Below, piece after piece: positions 11,128 through 24,364 of a DNA stretch of 47,279 nt (within the stretch, counting starts at the first letter, position 1; each line of letters opens with the position of its first letter). The DNA is from Macrostomum lignano. Lineage: Eukaryota. The notes under the pieces are model-generated. The model ran no database searches. It saw nothing but the letters and a program-made list of their open reading frames with translations, and was not told the origin of the DNA. The stretch lies in NCBI GenBank assembly GCA_002269645.1, contig NIVC01004396.1:1-47279 (forward strand). The letters are read 5' to 3'. The position numbers were made by a program, and so were the translations under genes.

Positions 11128-12477
11128 ATAACCCAGTGTGTTACTGCTGATAGCCCAGTGTGTTACTGATAGCCTAGTGTGTTACTGCTGATAGCCCAGT
11201 GTGTTACTGATAGCCTAGTGTGTTACTGATAGCCCAGTGTGTTACTGATAGCCCAGTTTGTTACTCATAGCCCAGTGTGTTACTGATAGCCCAGTGTGTT
11301 ACTGCTGATAGCCCAGTGTATTACTGATAGCCCAGTGTGTTACTGATAGCCTAGTGTGTTACTGATAGCCCAGTGTGTTACTGATAGCCCAGTGTGTTAC
11401 TGATAGCCCAGTGTGTTACTGATAGCCCAGTGTGTTACTGATAGCCCAGTGTGTTACTGCTGATAGCCCAGTGTGTTACTGATAACCCAGTGTGTTACTG
11501 ATAACCCAGTGTGTAACTGATAGCCCAGTGTGTTACTGCTGATAGCCCAGTGTATTACTGATAGCCCAGTGTGTTACTGATAGCCTAGTGTGTTACTGAT
11601 AGCCCAGTGTGTTACTGATAGCCCAGTGTGTTACTGATAGCCCAGTGTTACTGATAGCCTAGTGTGTTACTGATAGCCCAGTGTGTTACTGATAGCCCAG
11701 TGTGTTACTGATAGCCCAGTGTGTTACTGATAGCCTAGTGTGTTACTGATAGCCCAGTGTGTTACTGATAGCCCAGTGTGTTACTGATAGCCTTGTGTGT
11801 TACTGATAGCCCAGTGTGTTACTGATAGCCCAGTGTGTTACTGATAGCCCAGTGTGTTACTGATAGCCCAGTGTTACTGATAGCCCAGTGTGTTACTGAT
11901 AGCCCAGTGTTACTGATAGCCCAGTGTGTTACTGATAGCCCAGTGTGTTACTGATAGCCCAGTGTTACTGATAGCCCAGTGTGTTACTGATAGCCCAGTG
12001 TGTTACTGATATCCCAGTGTGTTACTGATAGCCCAGTGTTACTGATAGCCCAGTGTGTTACTGATAGCCCAGTGTGTTACTGATAGCCCAGTGTGTTACT
12101 AATAGCCCAGTGTGTTACTGATAGCCCAGTGTGTTACTGATAGCCCAGTGTTACTGATAGCCCAGTGTGTTACTGATAGCCCAGTGTTACTGATAGCCCA
12201 GTTTGTTACTGATAGCCCAGTGTTACTGATAGCCCAGTGTGTTACTGATAGCCAGTGAGTTACTGATAGCCCAGTGTGTTACTGATAGCCCAGTGTGTTA
12301 CTGATAGCCCAGTGTGTTACTGATAGCCAGTGAGTTACTGATAACCCAGTGTGTTACTGATAGCCCAGTGTGTTACTGATAGCCAGTGAGTTACTGATAG
12401 CCCAGTGTGTTACTGATAGCCCAGTGTGTTACTGATAGCCCAGTGTGTTACTGATAGCCAGTGAGTTACTGATAGCC
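11128..12477. repeat. 19-bp minisatellite (TTACTGATAGCCCAGTGTG; 17/22-bp variants), ~70 copies, ending ~170 bp upstream of the UBAC2 ATG
   Basis: Tandem units read directly. Confidence 0.97.
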
Positions 12478-12491
12478 AATGGTCACGTGAC
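12474..12491. promoter_or_regulatory. CCAAT box plus palindromic E-box/CLEAR-type motif GTCACGTGAC in the UBAC2 proximal promoter
   Basis: AGCCAAT at 12474-12480 is followed by GTCACGTGAC at 12482-12491, ~160 bp before the ATG. Function is inferred from motif only. Confidence 0.45.
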
Positions 12492-12649
12492 TAGACCTAT
12501 TTCAAAGTGCGTGCTTGGTCGTGCTGTCAGTAGAACCGATGATTCCCTAGGTCGCTATTACGCACCATAGCGTCATTGCAATCCTAATAAAAAGTGCAAC
12601 ATGTACTTTATTGTTTATTCGTTTCGCTATGCCTGAAATTCATGCGCCG

Positions 12650-13179
12650 ATGTTCTCGCCGCACAGTCACTCCGGCTTCCATCAGGCCACGGTGTCGAAG
12701 TGCCTGCTGGCCACCGTGGTGGTGTCGACCATCCTCCTCAGCCTGCCCCTTCACGCCTATCGCAATTATTTCATCAACGCTAGCAAGGCATCCCCAGCCT
12801 ATACTTACGTCACCTCCAAGCTGGTGTTCCTCGACACCAAAGACCTCATCCCCGGCGCTCTGCTGCTCTATTATTTTCGAATATTCGAACGACGCTACGG
12901 TCAGAGAAAATTCTGCGCCTTCCTATTGTTTAGCCTGGCCTGCGGCCTGGCCCTGGAGGCCCTGGTCTTCAGCTTGCTGCAGGCCTGGGTGGGGGGCCTG
13001 GGGTCGCCCTGCGGCCCTGTGGCTCTGGTCTTCTCGCTGTTTGTGCCGTTCTACGTTGAGGTGAGGGGCTCTGGCACCTGACTGACTGACTGACTGACTG
13101 ACTGCCTGACTGACTGAATGACTGACTGACTGACTGACTGACTGTCTGACTGACTGACTGACTGACTGACTGACTGACT

Positions 13180-13222
<43 letters not shown>

Positions 13223-14248
13223 TGACTGACTGACTGACTGACTGACTGACTGACTGACTGACTGACTGACTGACTGACTGACTGACTGACTTAAGTGAGT
13301 GGGTGACTGACTGACTGACTGACTGACTGACTGACTGCCTGACTGACTTGAGTGAGTGGGTGACTGACTGACTGACTGCCTGACTGACTTGAGTGAGTGG
13401 GTGACTGACTGACTGACTGCCTGACTGACTTGAGTGAGTGGGTGACTGACTGACTGACTGCCTGACTGACTTGAGTGAGTGGGTGACTGACTGACTGACT
13501 GCCTGACTGACTTGAGTGAGTGGGTGACTGACTGACTGACTGACTGACTGACTGACTGACTGACTGACTGACTGACTGACTGACTGACTGACTGTCTGAC
13601 TGTCTGACTGACTGACTGACTGTCTGACTGACTGACTGACTGACTGACTGACTGACTGACTTGAGTGACTGACTGACTGACTGACTGACCCCAAGAGTCA
13701 TCAGTTCCCAACCAATCGCTTACAACTCCGTCCGCCAGGTGCCCCGAGTCGAATTCGCTCACATCCTTGGCGTGCCCGTCACAGGCAAATCGTTCGTCTA
13801 TTTGCTGGGCCTGCAGCTCGGCTCCAGCGGCTGGGGCGCCGCCCTGTTAGCCGCCTGCGGCCTCGCCACCGGCGCCGCCTGGCAGCGCTGGTCTGGCGCC
13901 ATATTCCGTTGTCTGGCGCCGCCCAAGCCAGTCTGTCGATTCGCCGCTTGCTGGCTGGACCCGCTGCTCAGGTCGAGCCCGCCGGCTGGCCGTCACACGG
14001 GCGCCACTCTGGAGCTGCAGCGCCAGGAGCAGATGGAGCACTGGGAGCAGCAGATGCGGTCCCGCTGGATGACTGGCGGCGCCGCCTCCTCAGCAGCTGG
14101 CGACAATGCGATGTCGCCTGACCCGACCGAGGAGCACATTACCCGCCTGACTGACATGGGGTTTCCCCGGCAGAGTGTTGTGCAAGCCCTTCGATTGAGC
14201 AATAACAATTTGCCTATGGCTATGAATGTGCTGCTGCAGGAGGTCTGA
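12650..14248 (+). CDS. UBAC2: UBAC2: rhomboid-like pseudoprotease with C-terminal UBA domain, 306 aa; exons 12650-13060, 13739-14248
   Basis: MFSPHSHSGFHQATVSKCLL, LDTKDLIPGALLLYYFRIFERRYGQRKF, FSLFVPFYVEVPRV, ATLELQRQEQME and the UBA segment EEHITRLTDMGFPRQSVVQALRLSNNNLPMAMNVLLQ parallel recalled vertebrate UBAC2. Phase-0 GT-AG intron 13061-13738. The start was chosen by homology; upstream in-frame ATG at 12629 is possible. Confidence 0.93.
13078..13689. repeat. (CTGA)n microsatellite with a nested 32-bp variant unit (…CTTGAGTGAGTGGGTGA…), filling the UBAC2 intron
   Basis: Read directly; about 610 of the 678 intron bases. Confidence 0.97.
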
Positions 14249-14348
14249 ACATGCGCTGCTTTTGGGGATTCACCTTTAAAGTTCTCTAGTAAAGTTATTA
14301 CTCAGAAATCGGAATGTCCCTTAGAATTTGGCTTTGGGTTTCCATTGA

Positions 14349-14690
14349 ATTTTCCTCGGTTTTTCTTTTGGGATTTCCCTCGGGTTTTCCTTCGGGATTT
14401 CCCTCAAATTTTCCCTTGGGATTACCCTCAAGGTTTCCCTTGGGATTTCCCTCTAGGTTTCCCTTGGTATTTCCCTCAAGGTTTCCTTTGGGATTTCCTT
14501 CAAGGTTTCCCTTGGGATTCCCCTCAAGGTTTTCCTTGAGATTTCCCTCAATGTTCCCTTGGGATTCCCCTCAAGGTTTCCCTTGGGATTCCCCTCAAGG
14601 TTTCCCTTGGTATTTCCCTCTAGGTTTCCCTTGGTATTTCCCTCTAGGTTTCCCTTGGGATTCCCTTATGGTTTCCTTCGGGATTTCGCA
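14349..14690. repeat. Degenerate 24-bp minisatellite (TTCCCTTGGGATTCCCCTCAAGGT), ~14 copies, just 3' of UBAC2
   Basis: Read directly. Confidence 0.9.
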
Positions 14691-16089
14691 ATTTATTTTG
14701 GGATATTTTCCTGTTTGTTAGGTTTAAATTTCCTGAAGTGAAGTGGCTGTTACTATTTTCAGACAGAGTTCAAAGGCCAATCAGGCAGCGACCGATATTC
14801 ATTAGCCAGAGGCAGAGTTTAGTGAGTTATAGAACTTTGCGTATTAACTCCATGTATTACCTACACCCCGTGCATTCACCTTAGGCGAATGGGAATCTGC
14901 TTGTTGTTGTTTATTTGTTTTGAGTTCTGCCACTGCCGCCACCCCTCCACCACCCCCGCTGTTGCTTTTGTCGATTTTATTATTCGTGAATTTTACTTAA
15001 GGTAGTTGCTAGGCTGAATAGCACTTGCACTTTTTGCAAGTGCAGAATCGCAATTCTCTCATTCTGTGCGCTGGTTTATCCTCATCGGCTACCCGATCGC
15101 CTATACGTCATACCCGTTGAAAGCGTTACCGTGACCGTGACTCTGGGGGCGATTGTTGTGACTTTTTAACGGCTCAAACGACTGCAATGCTACGGAGAGG
15201 CGGCTGTTGGGTCACGAGCGCTTCAAAAGTCGTCGAAAAGTCATTGTGTTGTTAGCGTCAAAAGAGCTTAACTGTCTACTAACTCAAGTAGACTAAGTAG
15301 AGTTGTTATACATGTAAATGCGAAATGCTGGGCTTTAGACGCAACTCAGTTACAGAGTCGCAGACAATGAAACGCCTCAAATTGACTCTTAGGAGACTCG
15401 TTGGCGACTTGACGACCGTGACAGAGTCTAAATATGAATAAATATACATACGAATATATATTTGATGTCAACTAAATAATGCAAGCACTCATTCACTCTA
15501 CTTTGCCATTTGACGATATGCAAATCGACATGTTTGATTTCAGTTTGGTTCTTCAGTTTAGAAAATCGAGTTAAAAGCCACAGCGCCCCTGACTTTCTTC
15601 TCACCGTCAGGCGCATTTGCGCACACTGTGCCTTGGGGGGGGCTGGCCACTCGGCCCCCGTACGATACTACTTACAAGCGCATATTGTAGGCAAAAATCA
15701 CAGGAAATCTGTAGGCTCCGAGGATAAGCAGCGCTCGTATCTCTAATTAATCTTTCAGTGTGGATTACTGCACTGCTGTCCGTAGTAGATAGCTGGCCTG
15801 CGTTGCTAGGGATATTAAATTGCTTGGCTGCCTGGGAATAATCAGTTGTGCAGCACATGCATTGTTAGAACAGTGTGTTTATAACCTGGCTTATTCCCCT
15901 CTTGCTTTGGCCTTAACTACCTCTCTGCACTGTTCTAGCTTATCCACCTTTCAGTCATGTCTATACAGTAGGTGCATGGAGGCGGGACTTGGCGAAAACT
16001 GTAAACAAATGGCTTACAGATCAATATTAGAGACTATGCAAATAGTTGTAATAATACAGGCAGACGGGCAGTCACTTTGACACTAAAAT

Positions 16090-16175
16090 TGACAGGCAGG
16101 CAGACAGACACTAAGACAGACAGACAGACAGACTCTAAGACAGACAGACAGACATACAGACAAACATACAGATAC

Positions 16176-16217
<42 letters not shown>

Positions 16218-16233
16218 GGATAGACGGACAGGC

Positions 16234-16269
<36 letters not shown>

Positions 16270-16317
16270 GGATAGACGGACAGACAGACAGAGGGATAGA
16301 CGGACAGGCAGGCAGGC

Positions 16318-16360
<43 letters not shown>

Positions 16361-16477
16361 TAGACGGACAGGCAGGCAGGCAGACAGACAGACAGACAGG
16401 CAGACAGACAGACAGACGGATAGACGGACAGGCAGGCAGACAGACAGACAGACAGACGGATAGACGGACAGGCAGGC

Positions 16478-16509
<32 letters not shown>

Positions 16510-16558
16510 GGATAGACGGACAGGCAGGCAGACAGACAGAAAGACAGACAAACAGGAC
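16090..16558. repeat. (GACA)n microsatellite with recurring GACGGATAGACGGACAGGCAGG variant
   Basis: Read directly. Confidence 0.95.
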
Positions 16559-17363
16559 AACTGATGACATGCCGTGAGCGCATTTGCATGTACTGTGTAG
16601 ACATGTATGACTCTGGCCCGTGTTCGCCATGCAGTTGCTTAGCAAAATGAGAACGCTTTATGCCACACTGCATGCGCAGCAAGAGCTTATATCAGATGGA
16701 TTGTATTTTGTATGCTTGCAAAGCTTTACTTGTAATTTTAAAAGAAGCGAAATCTGCTATTCATCCGCACAGAACAGCCCGGATGCGCCGGGTCTTATCG
16801 CCGTGCGCTTTTGGTAGGCCGCTAAGATACGAGTCTGATGCTGCACTACAGGGTACCTACTAGTAGGAGGTGCGATGGCTCGCCCTGATCCAGTCAGTTA
16901 TTTCAGTCCAGATGGGGGAAACTTCCCTGTCCTTAGAACCCTTTCTATAGCATCTCTCTCTCGCACTTGCATTTTTATTCTCGATCCCCTTTCTTCCCCC
17001 CCCCACCCCCTTGTAGCTCGATGCTGCTGGCTCTCCCTCTCTCCGTCTGCCTCGCCTTCACTTCTAAATGGAATCGCGGCAGACCTTGGACAGCTGTGCT
17101 ATTCCAACTAGCAGTATCTTAGGCCTTCATTACCGGCTTGGCTTAGATATAAGTTAAGGCAAGGTGAAGGCTGCATGGCCTAATTTCCCCAGTTATTATT
17201 CTTCATTCCTCCTCCGAGAAAAGCCATCTGCTCCCCAGTGCAGTCCTGTGTCCAAGCCGGCCTGCTGTAAAAATAAAAGCAACGGGTCCGCCAAGTGTCC
17301 CGTCTCCGGCCCCGCGTGCACTGACGCGTTCTTGCCACACGTATTTCCGTGTGACTGATAGCT

Positions 17364-18185
17364 GAGTGTTCCATGATCCCTAGAGTGTTCCAAGATCCCT
17401 AGAGTGTTCCATGATCCCTAGAGTGTTCCATGATCCCTAGAGTGTTCCAAGATCCCTAGAGTGTTCCATGATCCCTAGAGTGTTCCATGATCCCTAGAGT
17501 GTTCCATGATCCCTAGAGTGTTCCATGATCCCTAGAGTGTTCCATGATCCCTAGAGTGTTCCATGATCCCTAGAGTGTTCCATGATCCCTAGAGTGTTCC
17601 ATGATCCCTAGAGGTTCCATGATCTTTAGAGAGTTCAAAGATCCCTAGAGTGTTCCAAGATCCCTAGAGTGTTCCATGATCCCTAGAGGTTCCATGATCC
17701 CTAGAGTGTTCCATGATCCCTAGAGTGTTCCAAGATCCCTAGAGTGTTCCAAGATCCCTAGAGTGTTCCAAGATCCCTAGAGGTTCCATGATCCCTAGAG
17801 GTTCCATGATCCCTAGAGGTTCCATGATCCCTAGAGTGTTCCAAGATCCCTAGAGTGTTCCAAGATCCCTAGAGTGTTCCATGATCCCTAGAGTGTTCCA
17901 TGATCCCTAGAGTGTTCCAAGATCCCTAGAGTGTTCCAAGATCCCTAGAGTGTTCCAAGATCCCTAGAGGTTCCATGATCCCTAGAGGTTCCATGATCCC
18001 TAGAGAGTTCCAAGATCCCTAGAGGTTCCATGATCCCTAGAGGTTCCATGATCCCTAGAGAGTTCCAAGATCCCTAGAGGGTTCCGTTATCCCTTGAGGG
18101 TTCCATTATCTTTAGAGGGTTCCATTATCCCTAGAGGGTTCCATTATCCCTAGAGGATTCCATTATACCTAGAGGTTTCCAAGAT
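17364..18185. repeat. 19/18-bp minisatellite (GTGTTCCATGATCCCTAGA), ~43 copies, degenerating at the 3' end
   Basis: Read directly. Confidence 0.95.
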
Positions 18186-18866
18186 CCTCTTCTCTCTCTG
18201 ATATCACTCTCTCTCTCTCTTCCCCACTGCTTGTCCCTCTTCTGACCCTCTCTTTAACCTAGTGGGTTTTACAACTTTTGCATAATAATTTGTTTTTTAT
18301 CTCCTTTATTCACCATTGTCTGCTGCAGAGCCAACTATCGGTTGCCCCAGCTCATCTGCTCATTATTGTGTTTAGCCATTGAAGCGGGCAGCTGGTCCTT
18401 GTCCCGAATGATGGCACTCAATACTTTTTTTATTTTAGTAAGGAATAACAGGCTCGATTCCGCTCGAGTCTTTAACTGCTTCATCTATTATTGAGAACAT
18501 CCCAGCCGGGTGCCAGAAATGGTACACGGAAATCCTCTTTATCCCTTCTTAGTAAGTTCAGTCTAGCAGCCGAAGCTCGAGGCACTGGGTGCTGTCTGGC
18601 GTGTCTTCCTGGTTTTGCCTCTGCCTTTCATTTAGTCTTTAGCTACTCCCGTCTATTTTGGCAGCGCCGCGTCAGAACTTTTTCTTTGCTCAGCGGAGCA
18701 CACTTGTGAGTTGAGCAGTTTCCCTTCCATTTTTAGAGGAAAAAACTCCCTGTACCCCAGCCCCACTTGCCACACCAGATCCCCAAATTTCGGTCAGATG
18801 AGGGGAGTGCTCTGGAACAAGTCCTCGTGCTTGTCCTACTTCCCCCCTCGCTTTTTTGCCTCGTCC

Positions 18867-19223
18867 CTGATTGGCTGAGGGCTGGGGGGGGGGGGGTTCA
18901 TCACCAAGTGAGGGGAGGCCCCACTGATCCGGCTTTGGCTGGAAGGCCGCAAATCCCAGGCAGGCAGCAGCAGCAGCAGCAGCAGGTATAAGAGCCGAGC
19001 CTCCATCCCGCACTCTCACCCTCACGCGACTCTCTTCTCTGTCGTTATGGCTCAGTTCGCTTTCAAGATTTAAGCTTAAAGCCTGAACCCTAGTTTCTCA
19101 TATTGCATCTGTCAAAGAGAAAGGTTTTGCCGCAAGGAGGTCGCGCCTGAGTTAGAGAATAAAAGAAGCCGGGAGGTCGAGCAGGAACCGCATCATCAAA
19201 GAGAGAGAGGAAAAAATTTCGGT
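18867..19223 (+). promoter_or_regulatory. Putative Pol II core promoter and non-coding first exon (probably of the RGK gene)
   Basis: CTGATTGGCTG (inverted CCAAT) at 18867, a G-run, (CAG)n, TATAAGAG at 18987, pyrimidine-rich Inr-like sequence at ~19010-19020, and consensus donor TCG|GTGAGT at 19221/19222. Confidence 0.45.
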
Positions 19224-19532
19224 GAGTCGGCAATTTTGTCATATCAGTTTTTTTTCTTCTTAATTAAGCTCTTTCTTCTCCTATTCTTTGTGATCAAGCG
19301 CGCTTGCTTGATCTAGTGGCGTTTCTAAAAATCTTTTTTTTATTAAAGCAACTTGCTTCCAGGCAAAGCAAAGTAGCAGGTGAGAGAGTTGATACAAATG
19401 AATATCTAGGGGGGGGGGGTTCATGAACAGGCAATTGCCTTCATTGAAGCTTTCTATCGTTGGCTTGAAAACTAATTTTATAAATTTGTCTCATTCCTGA
19501 GATTTCAAATTAACTGATTTATCATGTGTTTG

Positions 19533-20072
19533 GGTTTATAGAGTGACTGGTTTGTAGAGTGACTGGTTTATGCAGTTACTGGTTTATAGAGTGACTAGTT
19601 TATAGAGTGACTGGTTTATGCAGTGACTGGTTTATGAAGTGACTGAATTATGGAGTGATTGAATTATGGAGTGACTGGATTATGGAGTGACTGGTTTGTA
19701 GAGTGACTGGTTTATAGAGTGACTGGTTTATGCAGTTACTGGTTTATGCAGTTACTGGTTTATAGAGTGACTGGTTTATGGAGTGACTGTTTTATAGAGT
19801 GACTGGCTTATGCAGTTACTGGTTTATGGAGTGACTGGTTTGTAGAGTGACTTTTATGGAGTGACTGGTTTATAGAGTGACTGTTTTATGGAGTGACTGG
19901 TTTATAGAGTGACTGTTTTATGGAGTGACTGGTTTATAGAGTGACTGTTTTATGGAGTGACTGGTTTATAGAGTGACTGTTTTATGGAGTAACTGGTTTA
20001 TAGAGTGACTGGCTTATGGAGTGACTGTTTTATAGAGTGACTGGTTTATGGAGTGACTGGTTTATAGAGTGA
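19533..20072. repeat. 16-bp minisatellite (TATAGAGTGACTGGTT), ~33 copies
   Basis: Read directly; lies between the donor at 19222 and a candidate acceptor at 20098. Confidence 0.93.
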
Positions 20073-20329
20073 TACGTTTATAATTTCTGTTGCAACAGGT
20101 GATCCTGCTGAGGGACAGCTGACAAGACTACAGAGTAAAAAGTTCCCTGAAAGCTGTGAACTACAAATTAGCTGGCTTTTTCACGCTTTACACTCCATGC
20201 GACTTGAAAAGGAGAAAAAGTAGCGCTGGTTTCTTAGAAATCGTATCCGCAAATCGATACTTGATAAAAAGTTCATCAAAGTAGGTTTTTTAGAGTTATA
20301 AAGGCTGAGATTTAGGAAATAAAGTCCAA

Positions 20330-21035
20330 TGAGGTGAGATTTTGGAACATAAGTCTAAAGGTGAGATTTAGTAGTCAAACTCTAAGGGATGAGATTTGCG
20401 TGCTGAAGTCTAAAGGTGAGATTTTGAAGTAAAACTCGGGTGAGATTTTGAAACAGAACTCTAAGGAGTGAGACTTTGAAGTAGAACTCTAAGGGGTGAG
20501 ACTTTGAAGTAGAACTCTAAGGGGTGAGAATTTGAAGTAGAACTTTAAGGGGTGAGATTTTGAAGTAGAAATTTAAGGGGTGAGATTTTGAAGTAGAACT
20601 CTGAGGGTTAGAAATTTTGAAGCAAAACTCTAAGTTGTGACTTTGAAATCGAAGTTTGAGGGGTGATTTTGAAATCGAACTCTTAGGGGTGAGATTTTAA
20701 AGTAGAACTCTTAAGGGTGAGATTTTGAAGTAGAACTTTAAGGGGTGAGATTTTGAAGTAGAACTTTAAGGGGTGAGATTTTGAAGTAGAACTCTGAGGG
20801 TTAGAAATTTTGAAGCAAAACTCTAAGTTGTGAGACTTTGAAATCGAAGTTTGAGGGGTGATTTTGAAATCGAACTCTTAGGGGTGAGATTTTAAAGTAG
20901 AACTCTTAAGGGTGAGATTTTGAAGTATAACTCTAAGGGGTGAGATTTGATTACCAAAGTCTAAGGGGTGAGATTTGATTATCAAACTCCACTTGGTGAG
21001 ATTTGGTTACCAAAGTCTAAGGGGTGAGATTTAAA
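20330..21035. repeat. Degenerate ~28-bp minisatellite (AAGGGGTGAGATTTTGAAGTAGAACTCT), ~25 copies
   Basis: Read directly; a multi-unit internal block (about 20520-20720) is repeated at about 20720-20930. Confidence 0.9.
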
Positions 21036-21625
21036 ATCGCTAAAAATTGCCAGTAAAATTATTCCTCGAAGCATCGAAGCATAGCGAGCCGAGTTCTCGG
21101 AGCACAGAAGCTTGCCACCTCATCCGCCCGTTGCCAGGCCGCAGTTTCCATCCTGAGCTAATAATTTCAACATTCTTTTAAATCAACTTTGAGCTGAGAT
21201 CTTCCCAGGCCCAGCAGGCAACCGCTAATCCTGCCCAAGCCTGCTAGGGGGAGATAATCCCCGCCCGAGGAGGGAGAAGTGCATGGGGAATGTCCACCGG
21301 TTCAGCCGAGCAATCCAATTCCCAGGCTCAGACTTTGGAACATAGAAATTAATTAGTTGCCAGGTGCGAAGCAATTTCTAATCGTCATCGAAATGAGCTT
21401 GTAAAGCGAGGCTGCACCTGTTCCCTTTATGCGGCTAAATATTAACTCCCGGGAATGAAGGGGGGCGCGAAAATTGGAGAAAATTTTGGGATCGGGTTCG
21501 AGATCGAGGAGAGATTGGGAAAATTCACCGCATCAGTCTGCCATCGGCTTCGGCTTCAGTTCATGGCCTGAGATGGGGCTGGTGATAAACAGGACAGATC
21601 CGAGACTGGGAAGAAGGGGAACGGG

Positions 21626-22365
21626 GAAGACAGACAGAGAGATCAGACAGGGGCAGACAGAAAGACAGACAGAGATCAGACAGGGGCAGACAGAAAAACA
21701 GACAGAGAGATCAGACAGGGGCAGACAGAAAGACAGACAGAGATCAGACAGGGGCAGACAGACAGACAGACAGAGATCAGACAGGGGCAGACAGAAAGAC
21801 AGACAGAGATCAGACAGGGGCAGACAGAAAGACAGACAGAGATCAGACAGGGGCAGACAGACAGACAGACAGATATCAGACAGGGGCAGACAGAAAGACA
21901 GACAGAGATCAGACAGGGGCAGACAGAAAGACAGACAGAGATCAGACAGGGGCAGACAGAAAGACAGACAGAGATCAGACAGGGGCAGACAGACAGACAG
22001 ACAGACAGACAGAGACAGGCAGGGGGCAGACAGGCAGGGGCAGACAGGCATGGGGCAGACAGGCATGGGGCAGACAGGCAGGGGCAGACAGGCAGGGGCA
22101 GACAGGCAGGGGCAGACAGGCAGGGGCAGACAGGCATGGGGCAGACAGGCAGGGGCAGACAGGCAGGGGCAGACAGGCAGGGGCAGACAGGCATGGGGCA
22201 GACAGGCAGGGGCAGACAGGCAGGGGCAGACAGGCAGGGGCAGACAGGCATGGGGCAGACAGGCAGGGGCAGACAGGCAGGGGCAGACAGGCAGGGGCAG
22301 ACAGGCATGGGGCAGACAGGCAGGGGCAGACAGGCAGGGGCAGACAGGCAGGGGCAGACAGGCAC
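21626..22365. repeat. Compound GACA-derived minisatellite: 33-bp unit (to ~22010) then 14-bp unit GGCAGGGGCAGACA
   Basis: Read directly. Confidence 0.93.
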
Positions 22366-23039
22366 AGTTCGTTAAGCCTACGCACAGAATGGCAGAGGCA
22401 GAGAGCAGCGGAAGCGCTACCACTGAATGCAGAGAAGGACCCGAAAGCTCTGTGCATGGCTAAATGACTGGGTTCGAAAATCTCCACAGAGAAGAGAGGA
22501 AAAAGGGATGAAGAGAGAGAGAGAGAGACAGAATGCCATTCATCAAAGCTTAATGGTGTCTAAAAGTTCAACTACCACTGAAAACGTGAGCCAATTTGGA
22601 GCCGAAGCGGATGAAGGGAAGGGGCAGCTGAGGGCGGGAGAGAGGAATGGCTGGCAGGGCCATTGTGCGCGCAGCAATGCAATCGATCACGGAGGGGAGT
22701 CCCCAGCCAGCCTGCCTGTGCAGATTGGGGAAGGCGAATACGAGCTACTCGCTTCCCGTGGAAAATTATTCGATCATAAGCCCGGTGCTGCCCAGGCCTC
22801 GGAGCACACGCAGTGCTCATTGGGAGCTGGGAGCTTCTGAGTGACTGCCTGCCTGTCTGTCAACCGTTTTCATCTGCCTTCGGCCCAATCAGTCACGTTT
22901 CATTCTACTTGGGGCAGCGCTGTGCTCGAGGTCCGGCTCGTCCTCCCCTCATTTTGCTCTTTTCCCAGCTCGTTGTCCCGTTTTCTTTTTCTCATTTCCG
23001 CGTCCTGAGCGGTCATTCTCCTGTATATGAACTCTCTAG

Positions 23040-23508
23040 TCTGTCTGTTCTGTCTCGCTGTGATGTATCTGTGTCTGTTCTGTCTCACTGTGATGTATCT
23101 GTGTCTGTTCTGTCTCACTGTGATGTATCTGTGTCTGTTCTGTCTCGCTGTGATGTACCTGTATCTGCTCTGTCTCACTGTGATGTATCTGTGTCTGTTC
23201 TGTCTCACTGTGATGTATCTGTGTCTGTTCTGTCTTGCTGTGATGTATCTGTGTCTGTTCTGTCTCACTGTGATGTACCTGTGTCTGTTTTGTCTCACTG
23301 TGATGTATCTGTGTTCTGTCTCACTGTGATGTATCTGTGTTCTGTCTCACTGTGATGTATCTGTGTTCTGTCTCACTGTGATGTATCTGTGTTCTGTCTC
23401 ACTGTGATGTATCTGTGTTCTGTCTCACTGTGATGTATCTGTGTTCTGTCTCACTGTGATGTATCTGTGTTCTGTCTCACTGTGATGTACCTGTGTCTGT
23501 TCTGTCTC
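23040..23508. repeat. 30-bp minisatellite (CTGTGTCTGTTCTGTCTCACTGTGATGTAT) switching to a 26-bp deletion variant after ~23300
   Basis: Read directly. Confidence 0.93.
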
Positions 23509-24364
23509 TGTTCCATCATAATCAACCTCACTCACTATTCACAGAAAGTGCAGTAGTCAAGCAGCCTTTCACGGGACGTCTCCCGTGTTGTTTATTATCC
23601 AGCCCAGCCTCTCGAATGCAGTTCTGTCTTTAGCCAAGCTTCTTCAACTTTTCCTATCTCTCTCCAAATTCCTTCGCAGCCAGAAACAGACAGAAGCGCA
23701 TTGAGAGCAGAGAGAACATGCAGCTGGATGAATACCTGTACCTGCGCCCCCCCCCTCTCTTCCGCGGGGCAGCTGCTGCCTCGCGTGCTGCTTGGCATTA
23801 CAGCTGCTTTGCCTGCCTGCCAGCTTTGTGTCTTGTCGTCTTTTTTCCCAGCCCGGCGAACAAGGGCGACACTTGTTGCTCTTCTTTATCCCCTGTGGCA
23901 GCCCACACGTTTCTTGGCGTTTTTTCGCCTTTTTCTGTCATAAAAATTCATATTTGGACTGAAATTCCCATTCAAATGATTCCCCAATGCACTCTTGCCG
24001 AGCGCAGTATGCTTTGCTTTGCCTTGTTCGACTCTCTTCCCAGCTGTTGCGTGGGCATTGCTAAATCCGACTCCTTGTTCTCTCTTTCTCTCCTGCCAGT
24101 TCTTCCCCTTTTTTCTTACCCCAAGTCTCTGCTAGCGGATTCTTTAGCGAACGATAAGAACGTTGTTAAGAATGGCAAAACTAGTCGATTCTTATAAAGC
24201 ACGTTTATATTTCTAGGAAACAATAGAAAATGCCTGTCAATTTCTTAGAAAAACCGACTAAAACCATGTCTGTTTTTTCGAAGCACGAGCAGATTCGTGT
24301 GACTTTTAGAGCAACAGGCCTATTTTTGTGTTTGTTTGTTTCTTAGAAGCATGAGCAAAGTCAC

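Noticed and set aside
12923-13762. Ser/Gln/Val-rich minus-strand ORFs (and the same at 36736-37369)
   Set aside because: (CTGA)n or (TCAG)n microsatellite translations; the first lies in the UBAC2 intron.
21474-22487. 329-aa Arg/Gln/Gly-rich ORF and Cys/Pro-rich antisense ORFs
   Set aside because: Derived from GACA-based minisatellites; no recognisable domain.
23718-24197. 159-aa ORF starting MQLDEYLYLR (also the 79-aa ORF at 25121)
   Set aside because: No recognisable homology; coding-like bias fades after ~25 codons, and no in-phase splice to the RGK exon was found. May be a uORF.
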